Made by a program: the position numbers and the translations under genes. Of a stretch of DNA of 64,000 nucleotides, positions 12,740 through 24,897 are shown in pieces; position 1 is the stretch's first letter, and every line of letters starts with the position of its first letter. The notes beneath the pieces were generated by a model. It saw only the letters and a list, made by a program, of their open reading frames with translations, made no database searches and was not told the DNA's origin. Source of the DNA: Narcine bancroftii. Its lineage: Eukaryota. The stretch lies in the NCBI RefSeq assembly GCF_036971445.1, contig NC_091476.1, forward strand, positions 159,464,001 through 159,528,000. The letters are read 5' to 3'.

Positions 12740-12970
12740 TTTGGACATACAGCACTTTTGGCCCACGAGCTCATGAAGGCCAATTACACACAATTAACTT
12801 ACCCTCCCGATACGTTTTGAAGGGTGGGAGGAAACCAGAGCACCTGGAGGAAACCCACACAGATACAGGGAGAACGTACAAACTCCTTACGGACAGCACC
12901 AGATTCAAATCTGGGTAGCAGGCGCTGTAATGACATCATCGTAACCGCTATGCTATCCGTGCCACCCACA
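12740..12970 (-). mobile_element. tRNA-derived V-SINE (HE1-like)
   Basis: Minus strand contains the V-domain GTTCTCCCTGTATCTGTGTGGGTTTCCTCCAGGTGCTCTGGTTTCCTCCCAC after a tRNA-like head. Confidence 0.85.
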
Positions 12971-13284
12971 GTTAATCAGTATATATCTGGTAATGGAGAA
13001 GAGGAAATGGATATAACCTCTAATCTATAGGATCTACCTTAATATCTGCTGTCCAGTTTTGACTGGTGAAGAGAGGGATGAGAATTAAGGTGCAATTTTC
13101 TTTACTTTGGCTAATTAATAGATCTCCAGCCTCTGAGTCAATAGATTATGGAGTCATGATGTACTCTATAAACAAGACCAACACTATTGCATTTTTATGT
13201 GGTGGTTAAATTTCGCCTTCCATATGAAACCATTAAACACTTAATTTTGGAACCAATTTTCCACACTGCACATTTAACACATTG

Positions 13285-13530
13285 AGAGGTCATAGTTTGT
13301 ACAGTGGTGAGCGCAATGCTATTGCAGTGACCTGGGTTTGAATCTGGCACTGTCTGTAAGGATTTTGCATATTCTCTTGGGATCTGCATACGTTTCCTCT
13401 GGATTCTCCGGTTTCCTCCCACCATTCAAAAGGCAGGGGGGTTTGTAGATTAATTGGTATATTTGGGAGTGGGGAATGGGCTGATGGGCCAGAAGGGCAT
13501 GTTGCCATACTGTATGCCTAAATTGTAAAC
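13285..13530 (+). mobile_element. V-SINE (HE1-like)
   Basis: B-box-like GGTTTGAATC, V-domain TTCTCCGGTTTCCTCCCAC and CR1-like tail GGGCCAGAAGGGC. Confidence 0.8.
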
Positions 13531-14059
13531 ATTTATAACCAGCCACAACTTCTTTCCCCAGTGAATTTCTGTGGCAGAAATATTCTCCCCACCCAGTCTA
13601 TGCAGTCAGGTGAGGATAAATATCCCATGACACTTCTTAAAAAGGAGCAGATTTTACCTGGAGTCTTAACCAACCTTACATCAGCAAGTATCATGCAGAA
13701 ACATACCTTTAATGGCCAGAATTCCATACATTTCAAGACCCACGCACTTATTTCAATCCCTCATTTTAATACCACTCTGATTGGATTGGTTGTTCAGCAC
13801 TGAGGCTTCTCACATTTCACCAATGGGAAACTTCTGAACATTTTAGCTGCTAAGATAGGTTGATAAACAAATTCATGTTCTTTCTTTGATGTTCATTGAT
13901 ATAAAAAGATCGTACAATCTGCTGGGTGCAATAGATTAGCTTGAGGTCAATTGAAATGTGTCAGCTGCCATTTGGAAAAGTTTTGCAAAATAAGTTTATG
14001 CTGTAATTTTGCAGCTGAGAACTATTCATTCACTCATATTCATTGTGACTACTATTCAT

Positions 14060-14756
14060 TAGGCCTTTTCAAACTGCAGCACCTGGGTAGCCCTCCGAGG
14101 ACCCAGGTGAGGTTACCGGGTAGTTGGCACCTCCTGGTCCATTCAAACTGCAGGCTAATTTACCTGCTAAATCAATAACCTGGTGATTTAAGGGTGATCC
14201 TGTGATGATGTGGTGAGTGTGATGTGTCATACACTCACTGGAAGTCCCACCGAAAGTCAAATCGTGCAGTTCTAAGGGCAGACGGGAGGGATGTATGGAT
14301 GCTGGCCCCTGCAACTATGTGGTGCAATAACAAAGCAGGCAAGTATTTTGAACATCATTGTTAGTTGTATGGAGGAACAACAGGGTATGTACGCTGAAGA
14401 AATGAAGAGATGGATAGAGGGGGATAGGCAGGGTGAGTTGATCAGTTGCAGCTGTAGGCGGCTGGTTTATGTGTGCTTCTTTCAACGCATAATAATGCCT
14501 TGATAATGCAAGCAGGCAAGAGCTGACGTCACCCGATTTACCGAGTAAGCCATTTTGACCTTTCAAATTGGCGGAGCAGGACGGCTCAGTAAGTTTTCCT
14601 GGGTTCCCAGACCACCTCTGAGGTAGGTCTAGGACCCAGGTCAATTATGACCAGGTTTGCCCAGTTAGGACCTTCCAAATTGCCCGATTCCCGGATTGTT
14701 AACCAGAAAAATTGCCCAGTTAATACGATTTTATCAGGGTAATTTGAAAGAGCCTA
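14060..14756. mobile_element. Non-autonomous DNA transposon, PIF/Harbinger-like
   Basis: Terminal inverted repeats TAGGCCTTTTCAAACT and (reverse complement) TAGGCTCTTTCAAATT, 13/16 matching; recurrent subterminal AATTGCCC/TTACC motifs; GC-richer than flanks. Superfamily assignment is an inference from the GGC-start TIR. Confidence 0.55.
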
Positions 14757-14944
14757 TATTCAGACAATTATTTGTTGACTACATCTCCGCCCTATAATAA
14801 ACCCATCCCAAACTCCATGACCTGGGCTTCAGCACCCACCTCTGCTACTGGACCCATGAATTCCTGTCCCACAGTTTATAATCAGTGAGGAGTGATAACG
14901 ACACCTCTTCATCCCCATGTCCCACAAGGCTGTTAATCTGTTTC

Positions 14945-15050
14945 AGATCTGAAGAATGTTCACTGACCTGAAACGTTGCCTCTGGTTGTCTCTCCGCAGA
15001 TGTCGCCTGATCTGCTGAGTATTTCGATCATCTTTTGTTTTATTTCAAGA
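14945..15050 (+). mobile_element. Penelope-like terminal fragment
   Basis: CTGAAGA...GACCTGAAACGTT...CAGATGTCGCCTGATCTGCTGAGTATTT, similar to 12560-12660. Confidence 0.7.
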
Positions 15051-15265
15051 TATTCCTTATTTTCAGAAGTGTGTGCGAGCCGAGAACATTTCAGTTCCAT
15101 GAACGTTAATTAGAAATCTGAAACCATGAAGCTCTAACTTTATTTCTTTCTCCACTGTTTTGCCTTCACCTGTGGTGAAATGCAGTAAAAGCCTTAATTT
15201 TAACCAGGCAATTCAACTCAGAGCAGGTAACACATAAAGCAACAGTTTAGACAGTCGTATTACAA

Positions 15266-15601
15266 CAGTGGTTCTCAACCTTTTTATTTCCACTCACAAA
15301 CTACTTGAAGTATTCCCTATGCCATAGCTGCTCTATGATTAGTAAGGGATTGCTTAAGGTAAGGGGAAAGAAAAAGTTTGAAACCACTGTTTTAATCATA
15401 CCTAATTGACTCATTATGTGCATGGCTTCATAACTCCAATGACAATTTTTCTCAAGCATTTGAGTCGAGAGCAGTAATTCTCATGCTCCCTTCCCACTCA
15501 CACACCACTTTCAGTAATCCTTTACTAATCACAGAGCACTGATGGCATAGGGATTACTTCAAGTAGTTTGTGAGTGGAAATAAAAAGGTTGAGAACCATT
15601 G
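15266..15601. mobile_element. hAT (Charlie-type) MITE with long inverted arms
   Basis: TIR CAGTGGTTCTCAACC ... GGTTGAGAACCATTG; degenerate 8-bp TSD TATTACAA/CATTACAG; the arms stay complementary for ~100 bp. Confidence 0.85.
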
Positions 15602-16229
15602 CATTACAGTAAGTCAAATAGTGCAGGTATGAAGAAAATTACAACAACAATACAGGGTTGAGAGAAGGCAGATAAAAAAAAGAACAAGGACAAATTTTTG
15701 CCAGATAAGCATCCGATAAGTCCAGGTTAGTGTTTTCAAGCTCATGTACCTTCCATTTGATGAAACGGGGGGAAGGGAATGTGAATGGGGTGCAATGGTC
15801 CTTTCAGTCTAACCTGCTGGCTATTTCTAAAAGTTCCTGTTATACTTTGGACTTCTGGCATGAACTGCATTTTACTTTGGATCCTGGAGGTACTGTTGTA
15901 ATCATTTGTACCATTCACATACATTTACTTCAGAATAGCAGGTACATATTTCTACCTGCTACCATCTTGTTGATAGTTTGAATAACTCTTTATTCAAAGA
16001 AAGGACCACAACGTAGCTTGGGATGAATACATGGAATGGTTAGGAAGAGATGTTACAAATAAAAATGACCAGGAAAAGGAGAAACAGGAAAAGGAGAGAG
16101 ACAGTAGCAACTCCAGCAACTACAAAAGAGAAACAGAGTCAAGCAAAGACGGGCAGAGGGATATGTCACATTTGTGGCCCGATAGACGACACCAGGGTGA
16201 CAGAGGCAGACAGCTGTGTGCTACAGCAG

Positions 16230-16329
16230 TCAAGGCGAAGCAGTTGCTTTATTTGTCAGCTTGCCAAATGACTCCCCTTGCGAAGTGGTGATTGGAGCGT
16301 TCCTCCAGCAAGACAGACGTTGGTTGAAC
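16230..16329 (-). other. Candidate terminal coding exon (unidentified gene)
   Basis: Acceptor cccttttctctgtgctgatttaaag|G; phase-2 reading FNQRLSCWRNAPITTSQGESFGKLTNKATASP*; phase-compatible with the 17594-17732 candidate. Confidence 0.2.
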
Positions 16330-17593
16330 CTTTAAATCAGCACAGAGAAAAGGGCACATTTCCTTTCAAACCTCAGGATATTTTGCTCACAATTTATCAA
16401 ATCCAACTCGATAAAAACAAGTCAGGGAAAGTCATGGTTGGCACAATAAAAGGAATTGATTTCTCAGTAAGTTTTAGAGTCCGTTCCTTTAAAACTGTAT
16501 AATAAAACAACACCTCAGGCTGATTGAAATGCAGCTGGTAAGAGCAGCGTTAGCAGGGGAGGGTGATTAATTGATGTGGTTCTGACATCTGATTTGTGCA
16601 GTCATTTCCCCAAAGTTGACAACTTGCTTTACTCCATTGCATGAAGACTTTGCAATGTAAGTATTCACAAAATGGAATATCGTGAATTTTCAACAAATAA
16701 AAGCAGTGCTATATTAGCAGACTCATTCTGCTTGTAATTCATAAAGCAACTGCCCGCCCCCCCCCCCTTATTTTACTTGGCAAATAGGGAACTTTCATGT
16801 CATGCACACATTTTAGAAAAGAAATTGACCCACAAGGAACTATGTCGAAGCTCAATCTGTTTGCCTGTTATTCGTGGACCAAAATCGGTGTTTGTCTACA
16901 AAGTGTTATGTCCCTTGGTGATCCTTCTCTTCCACAAAAGGCCTTGAACGTGAAAAGGCACATTGGGCCCCCGTCCAGGAAATGTAAGAGGGGCTGCTGT
17001 GATCTATCAATTCCGGAACACAGCCATGAAAGTAAAAATCAGCAGGCATTTTTAGAAAGGAGTCGTTTCATTCGTTTTTACAAAGGAACTGAAGGGTAAG
17101 AGATTCCTGCAGGAAGGTGCTGACACTTCATCCCTTCCGAAATTTCTCAAAAACATTATATATTTCTTTGTGCATAGAGGGACCGTGGCTGTTACACATA
17201 GGCAAAGCATGATGCAAAATTCTGCATTGATAAGTTGTTACAAACAGCCAGGAGATTCATCTATTTTGAGGTGGTCCTGCTTCAGAGAGAAACATCGGAA
17301 TGGCCATGGAAAGAAATCAGATTCTCCCTTAATAGCACCATGGTATCTGTTCCTTCAATCAGGTCTTCCTTAAAAATCTTACCTTAAAGAAGAATTTTAC
17401 ACTCTCTCAGTTCTTTCCTTTTTTTGAAATGTTTCTTATTAAAGATGCAGAATTATTTTTGAGTGTCTACATACTCATAGTCAGTCTCTGGGTTCTGTTC
17501 TTGGAACCTATTATTATACTTCCAAGATCCTTGTATTTATTATATTCAGTTTTAAAATGGTGAATCTCCAGAGACATGCACACCATCACAAAC

Positions 17594-17732
17594 CTAACTG
17601 TCATCCGCTCATTTTCTGCAATGTCTGGCAAAGAAGGTTTAAGCTCCTGCACATCCTGAGAATACACCTGTTTCTCAGGGGAAATCGGGTGAGAAACCTC
17701 ATGCACAGAATGAACTCCAGGCCAGTGTTTCA
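17594..17732 (-). other. Candidate 139-nt coding exon (unidentified gene)
   Basis: ttttgcag| ... AG|gtttgt; open frame KHWPGVHSVHEVSHPISPEKQVYSQDVQELKPSLPDIAENERMTV(R) in non-repetitive sequence; the pyrimidine tract is weak. Confidence 0.25.
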
Positions 17733-17989
17733 CTGCAAAACTCTCCTTCTTTCAGTCAAGTCAAATTTATTGCACAAGTACAACCCGACGAAACAACGAT
17801 CTCAGTGAAAGCATGCAGGCACACTGCAAGCCATCTCACACATACAGACAAGCAATGCACGTTTTTAAATTACTTCCATAGAATGAACAGCAGAAACAGT
17901 TTATCTGCCATCTCCTCACTGATTAAATTGGATTTCTTCTCTGGGTCTAAATACGGAGACCCAGCAGTATTTTCACTGGATGTCTACAA

Positions 17990-18465
17990 CTGTTTAAGAA
18001 GCTCACCTCCATCTTTTTTAAACATTTGCTGCCTTCCAATCTGCCGAGAGCTGTCTGGAGTGCAGAGAAGGTTGATAAATTACCACAAACTACTAAAACC
18101 TCTGCCATTTCTTTCTGTACCATGAGATATATTCCTTCAGGAACAGGGGACTTACCTACCAATAGACCCAATGATTTGCCTTGCGCAACCTCTTTAGCGA
18201 CAATTGTAACGAGGTCCTCACCTCCCATTACATCCATAACATCTCTCTTTGGTATTTTGGCATCTTAGATGAGTCGTCCACTTCCAGGGCTTCAACCGTT
18301 CCCACATTTCCCAATATCAATTCCCCTTTCCTCATCTTCTATGCTCACTTTAGCCACCCTTTTCTACTTTATCTAATTGCAAAAGTCTTTTACTATCTGT
18401 TTTTATCTTTTTGTGATAATTAATTTTCATAATCACTCTTCCCTTTTTTTATTGCTCATTTAGTG
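17990..18465 (-). mobile_element. CR1 LINE fragment (EN-RT linker)
   Basis: LLVGKSPVPEGIY...KEMAEV; similar to 34380-34800. Confidence 0.8.
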
Positions 18466-18574
18466 AATGAAAGGAACATGTAACAGGTCAGGCAGCATCT
18501 GTCTTCAGATCCATTGAATTAATGGCTCAGGTCAATAATCTTCCATCAGAAGAGGGAAAATCAGATGGGGAACA

Positions 18575-18850
18575 AAGTTCAAACTTTTGATTTATTGTCA
18601 TGGATGACATCACGTACAACCCGGAGATTCTTTTTCCTGCGGGTGAAGCAGAATTACCACTTATTGGTAGTGCAAAAAAAGCTGTACTCAAGAAGATAGG
18701 TACACATAAACAAATAAAGCAATGTAAGCAAAGTGACTGTGCAATACAGAGAGAAAAAAAGTCAATAAAATCCAAAAGTCCTTTAATGTGTCTGATTTGA
18801 GTTTGCTGTTGAGGAGTCTGATGATGAAGGGGTAGCAGCCGTTCCTTTTT
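18575..18850 (-). mobile_element. Rex/Babar LINE 3' end
   Basis: Similar to 51185-51470 (GAGATTC.TTTTCCTGC.GGTG.AGCA.AATT). Confidence 0.75.
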
Positions 18851-20249
18851 TAAGGCGCATTTTACGATTCAGATGAATCTTCAAACCAGCACATTCCTTT
18901 CCAAGGGCTTGCAGCATTGCAGATGGAAGCCACTTCCATTAAATTGAAGAGGCTGTAAATACCCAGCAATGGCAAGTTTAAGCAATTCTGGGCCTGGCTG
19001 GCCATTCCAGATCCACAATCTTCTCATGGACAGTAACAGGCTACAGTTGCTGGATAGCGCACACAACAACGTGACCAGTGTTGGAGTGAAAGTGGAAGAT
19101 TCACTTAATTATTCACTTAGTTATTCAGGGGGTGGAGAACAGCTCTGTGGTCCACGGGACAATATTCACTCCCTCAGTGCAGCTGTTCTGGTCACCTGGA
19201 AGAGGAGATACTTTTGAACTGTTGCGACTTCTCAAAGCTTCTTTGCATATGTTTCAGAGACTCATATGACAGAAACCTGATCATCCACAGCAGCCCTCAG
19301 ACACTGAGAGCATTGCTCCAATGCTAAGATAGAGGCTGATCCATCAGCTGAGAGGTGTTGCTTGATGGTCAGGCGGTGACATGGAGGGAACCACCATTTC
19401 CATGCCAGAAAGAGTGGGCTCCAGGCTCTACACAGACCCCTATATAAGGTAAGAGTCACCCCGACATTTCACAATGGCCTGACCATGTCCCTTGTAGCAG
19501 TGATTGTGTAACATGTATTTTTTCAAAGAAAGTGGGAAGTGCATTAATGACTCTTCTGCAGGTTACAGGTTGGAGCTGTGAAATTTGGGTTTGGGTACAT
19601 ATCTAAGGGTGCGATAGGGCATCTGAATATTAGGTCGGCTTTACGATGGCAAATTGTTGGGTGAATAGAGAGGATTTATTGCATGGAGTAATGTATAGAG
19701 CGAATGGTCCATTTGGTGAGAGATGTGCTTAGTTGTCAATGCATACACATGTAGAGAATAGTTCCTCCACATTGCAAGCAACACCAGACCCCACTTTTTT
19801 AGCAATGTCACTCTATTTTCATTTGTCTCTGCTTTTCTCTTTTGCAGTTTCCACCAGATTCAAAGTTCAAAGTTCAGATTTATTCACATCAGTAAGTAAA
19901 TTGCATTCAGCATTAATTCATATTACTTCAGGTGGTTTAAGTTTCATGTTCACACTGCAAACTTGACTGCTGCCTCTTCGGCCAGGAGGTGACGCAGCTT
20001 TCAATACAAGAGAGGTGAACCACAAATGCAGTGGTCGTGATCTGGTGGGGCAGACAGTTTAAGATCTGGTGGCACCTTGTGGCCAGAATGATGCATTACA
20101 TGAAGCAGCCCATGATTGCACAATGGTTATTCATTTTGTTTATTTGGGAAATGTATTTGCTGTTCATCAGAGTTTAAAAACATATCAATTTTAAAACTCA
20201 CATTCTGAACCACTATTAAGCATAAGGTAAGACTTCTTTTAACTCTAAT

Positions 20250-20600
20250 TGAATGTATTCAGGTGCCATGCCGTTCGGCGTGGTTGATCAAGTCTCTCCA
20301 TCCATCATGGTCTCTGACCCTCCAAATTGTAGTTGTTGCTTCCCCTACTTCTAAACGTGATGTTAATCCATCTTTCATTTTCATTCTCTGTCTGCATCTG
20401 CTTCTTTTCCCTTCCAGCTGTAACCAGATGTTCTAATGTATCTCTTCACATGATGTCTCCAAAGAATTTTGATTGATATTTTCTGATTCTTTTAAGATGT
20501 ATGTTTTGTTTTAATTTTTTGTAGAATTTCTTTGTTTGTTATCCTGTCCATATATGATATACGTAGCATTTTTCTGAGAAACCACATCCCTACTACAGAA
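20250..20600 (-). mobile_element. Old LINE 3' fragment (RTE-like)
   Basis: Minus strand reads MWFLRKMLRISYMDRITNKEIL, resembling an RTE ORF2 C-terminus. Confidence 0.65.
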
Positions 20601-20984
20601 ATAGAACGTTATACTGTGGAACATCCTCAACAGTTTCATGAAGCTGTTCTCCACCGGGAAGAAGATATCATTTCTGCCGGATTCAAACTCAGATCGCTGG
20701 TGCTATAATAGCATTGCTAATCATATCATCCGATTTGTATTCAACAATGAATGGGAGAATTTTGGAGACCAGCAAAAGATGACAAACTTTGATAAGGATG
20801 GAGAAAATCTTTAAAACTAGCAAGAAATATAAAATCAAAATACAAGAGCTTCTGCAAGAGTTAAAGGTAGAGGGTTACAAAAGTAAATGTTGATCCCTCG
20901 AAAAATTCAATGGAAGAATTAATATTGGGACAGGGAAATGCCAGGAACACTAAAAAGAATCTAGTTTCTGTTTTCACAGTACGA

Positions 20985-21215
20985 GGCTGTGTGGCATGGT
21001 TAACGTAGCGTTTAGCGCAACACTGTTACAGCCCCAGTGACATGGGTTCGAATCCAGCACTGTCTGTTTGAACATGCTCGCCATTTCTACGTGGGATTCT
21101 CCAGTTTATTCCTTCCCTTGAAAATGTACAGGGGATTGTAGGTTAATTGGGTGTAGATGAGCAGCATGGGCTCTTGAGCCAGAAGGACCTGCTATCGTGT
21201 GGAATGTCTATAAAA
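20985..21215 (+). mobile_element. V-SINE (HE1-like)
   Basis: GGCATGGTTAACGTAGCG head, B-box GGTTCGAATCC, decayed V-domain and CR1-like tail. Confidence 0.8.
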
Positions 21216-22399
21216 AGAGACTAAAACCAAGAGTAAAAAAAAAATGAACAATGAAAGACAGAGAAAAGCGAAGAACTTTAAAAAAAATACCAGAGGGAAA
21301 GAACAAGGGAAACCAAAGAGCTCAGAGCTGATGAATTCCTGTTTTCTGTGTTACCAGAAGAGATGCTCTGCAGAGCTAATACTTGATTTTGGAGATCATC
21401 TTTCAAAATTAATTCCCAGCAGATTGGAAAACAGCAAATATAATATCATAAATCATTGATGAGAGACTTGATTTGTGCTCTCCCATAAAGATCTGTCACT
21501 ATTTAAAAGGGATTACATATTTTGATTCTGAAACATGCAATCCACCGATTCTAGCAGATTTCTGAGGTCTATGTACGTGAGAGGAGAACCTCTGTTTGGC
21601 AGAAATAAAGCCTTAGAACAACAATTTATTAATTTCTTAATTCCTGACTCGTGAGTCAAATCTTTTTTTGACATGCTTTTATCAGACTCTGCCACTCTTA
21701 ACTTGTCTACAAAGTGGTTGTGCCTCCAGACAATATTTGTCATGATGCAAAGCAATTGGAATTCATGCATTATTTTGGAAAAAAATTATCAACTCATTAG
21801 GCACATTGCTGAATCTGGAGTGGGAATTATTGGGATTTGTCCCAATTCGAAGAAAGCAAAAAAAATGCTCCATCTTGTGGCCCTTCTGATATCTGGTCAA
21901 GGTATTCATTGCATAAACTGAAATGCACAAAATTCAACATTAACCTTTAATGAAAACAATGAATAAATTTACCAAAGGTTTGCTTATATAAACCCCATTA
22001 TTAGGCAACAAGGGAATTTAAATGGGAACTTCTGCTGCCAGCAGAACTCACACGTTCTATTTTCTATGCTGTGTTAATATTATGGAAAGCACAAGCCAAT
22101 GCTTAGAAATCCATTTACTGGAGTATTAAATGTTTCAAAGACTTTTTTATTCATAATATTTTTGCTTATTTTGAACAATTGCTCAATTAGAAATTTTGTT
22201 CAGTCACAGATCCCTGACTTCTGGCAATCCCCAAGGCGAACATCCTTGATTTGCTTTTTGATTTACAACTTACTCATAAAGGCTTAATATCTCTTATTTA
22301 TAACAATTTGCTTGATACAAGAATAGCCTCATTAGTTAAAATCAAGAATGACTGGGAGCAAGATTTGAATCTTTCCTTCTCTAACAAGGTCTGAGACTC

Positions 22400-23050
22400 C
22401 CTTTGTGATCTGATTAATACAACCCCTCTTTCTGCACGACACTGTTTGTGGCAATTTAAAGTGGTCCATGGAGTACACATGTCTAAAGTTAAATTGTCTC
22501 ATTTTTATTTAGATATAAATTCTCCATGTGACAAATGTAAAATTGGTGATGCCTCTTTGGTTCACATGTTTTGGACTTGCCCTAGCTTTAGAAAAATTTT
22601 GGAAATATGTTTTTCAAACATTATCATTTGAATTGCTCCTTTTGGATCATTTCAAGATGATGATGTATTTTTGACTTCAATTCAAAACCAAATTTTATCT
22701 TTTACATCACTGATGGCCAGACGTGCAATTTTGATTAAATGGAAAGACAATACTCCACCTACACATACAACATGGTTAAGCGATATTATGTCTTGTATAA
22801 GTTTAGAAAAAGATTAGATATGCCATTAAAGATTCAAATATTAACTTCCAAAAGACTTGGGACCCATTTATGGACTACTAACATAATCTTAAGAATTAGG
22901 GTTGTTCTAAAACTTTGGTGCTGTGCTGTCCATCTTCAGGTTGTTGTCACTTGTTTCCTACGTGTCAGCTTTAAACCTTACTTAGTGGTAGGAGTTCTGA
23001 TTTTTTTTAAATCACTGACTGCTCGACTTTAGCTACCCCTCTTTTTATTT
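22400..23050 (+). mobile_element. L1-clade LINE C-terminal fragment
   Basis: WQFKVVH...SPCDKCKIGDASLVHMFWTCP is the L1 C-terminal CCHC-type motif. Confidence 0.85.
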
Positions 23051-23139
23051 GTCCCTGCCAATTATCTCACGTACTCATCGCACAGATTAACACTCTGTAT
23101 AACTCTTCAGTTGCCCTACTTGCGCCTTTTAAATTGTGG

Positions 23140-23790
23140 ACACTCAATTGTCAGGAAGGCGCAAGAGTGACTGCACTTCCTGAGAAGAATAAAGCGGACA
23201 AGGTTACTGGCTACCATCATGTCAACCTCCTATAGGTGCTCTATCGAGAACATCATGGACGGCTGTATCACAGTGAGGTATGGTTCCTGCAGAGAAATGG
23301 ATCGCAGGTCAATCCACAGGACCATAAGAGTGGCAGAGAGGATCAATGGAGTCTCCCTCCCCCTTATTGACGTGCTCTACTGGGATTGTTGTCTGAAGAA
23401 GGTGCACAAAATCATCGAGGACCCCTTCCACACTGCACACAGCATCTTTCAACTGCTACCATTGGGGAAGAGATACAAGAGTATCAGAGCCAGGCTAAGG
23501 AACAGCTTCTTCCCACGGGCAGTGAGAATGTTGATCGACCAAAGGAACTGCTTACACTAATCATCTAAGACTCATTTGTACAAAACAATATTTATTTATT
23601 TATTTGCTGTTTTCCAATCTGCTGGGAATTAATTTTGATAGATGCAGTAGTTGTCCTGCATATGTATTGTTTGCCTGTATGTGTGTTATGTCTGGTTGTG
23701 TGTCTGCATGTTTTTGCACCGAGGACGGAGAATGCTGTTTCATCGGATTGTAATTGTACAATCAGATGATAATAAACTTAATTTGAGGTT
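23140..23790 (+). mobile_element. Rex/Babar LINE 3' fragment
   Basis: YRCSIENIMDGCITVRYG...KIIEDPFH.AHSIFQLLP.GKRY.SI...RLRNSFFPRAVR. Confidence 0.88.
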
Positions 23791-24897
23791 ATAGTGCAGA
23801 AGGGGGAGATGATGACTTTCACTATGCGAAGATGAAATCATAAACATGCTTGCATCTAAATGATTTTATGATTTCACAAGGCACAGTTCAGAGGAGGAAT
23901 CTCCTCTGATATACTTACGAAGATTCAGCCCTGCTTGTTGGGAAAATTCCAACCCATTTAGAAATCACAGCCACAGCTCATCACTACTTGGTTCATGTCA
24001 TCTCACTACCTGCTTTCTGCCACTAGAAGGCACTCATGTATTTCCACAGCTCACTGAAAACACCCAGTTGATGTCTGTAGTGAACACCAAGACTTGGACT
24101 AGAACGGCTTCGTTCGTTCCAAATACCCCATCCTACACATTCCCCACCATCCATTTGTCAAATCCAGCTCAAGAATCAAGGCTGACATGCTAATGCAGAA
24201 CTGGTAAAAATGTTGCACTGTTAAGAAGTGCAGCCTTTTTCGTAAATGTGTTAACACAATTCTCCTTATTCCCTCAGTATGACATAAAAGATCCCATTAA
24301 AGCATTTTTAAAAAGAACTGTGAATTATTCCCGCTGTCCTGCCTGCTATCAATTCTCCAGCCAACACCTGATTAAAACCATAGAACATTCCAGCACAGAA
24401 ACAGACCCTTCTATTCTGTGCCAAACCATTTTTTTTTTGCCTACTTCCTCTGACCTGCACCCAGTCCACAGCCCTCCATACTTCTCCCATCCATGTACCT
24501 GTCCAAAATCTTCTTAAATGTTAAAATTGAGCCCACATTCACCACTTCAGCTGGCAGCTTGTTCCATACTCCCACCACTCTCTATGTGAAGAAATTCCTG
24601 CTCATGTTCTCCTTAAAATTTTCACTTTCACTCTTAACCCATGTCCTCTGGTTTGTATCTTACCTACCCTCAGTGGGAAATGTCTTTCTACATTTACTCT
24701 GCCTATCCCCCTTCAATTTTAAATACCTCAATCAAATCTCCCCTCATTCTTCTACGCTCCTAAAGTCCTAACTTGTTTAACCTTTCCCTATAACTCAGTT
24801 CCTGAGGTTCAGGCAACATCCTAGTCAATCTTTTCTGCACTCTTTCTATCTTAATGATATATTTCTTGTAGTTAATTGACCAAAACTGCAAACAATA

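Noticed and set aside
18880-19460. Cluster of 60-80 aa ORFs in non-annotated sequence
   Set aside because: No recognisable motif or convincing splice sites; may be highly decayed repeat.
20985-21065. Possible tRNA gene (GGTTCGAATCC)
   Set aside because: It is the tRNA-derived head of a SINE that continues into the V-domain; no intact cloverleaf is evident.
23919-24054. Minus-strand donor TTC|gtaagt
   Set aside because: No upstream acceptor gives an open frame.
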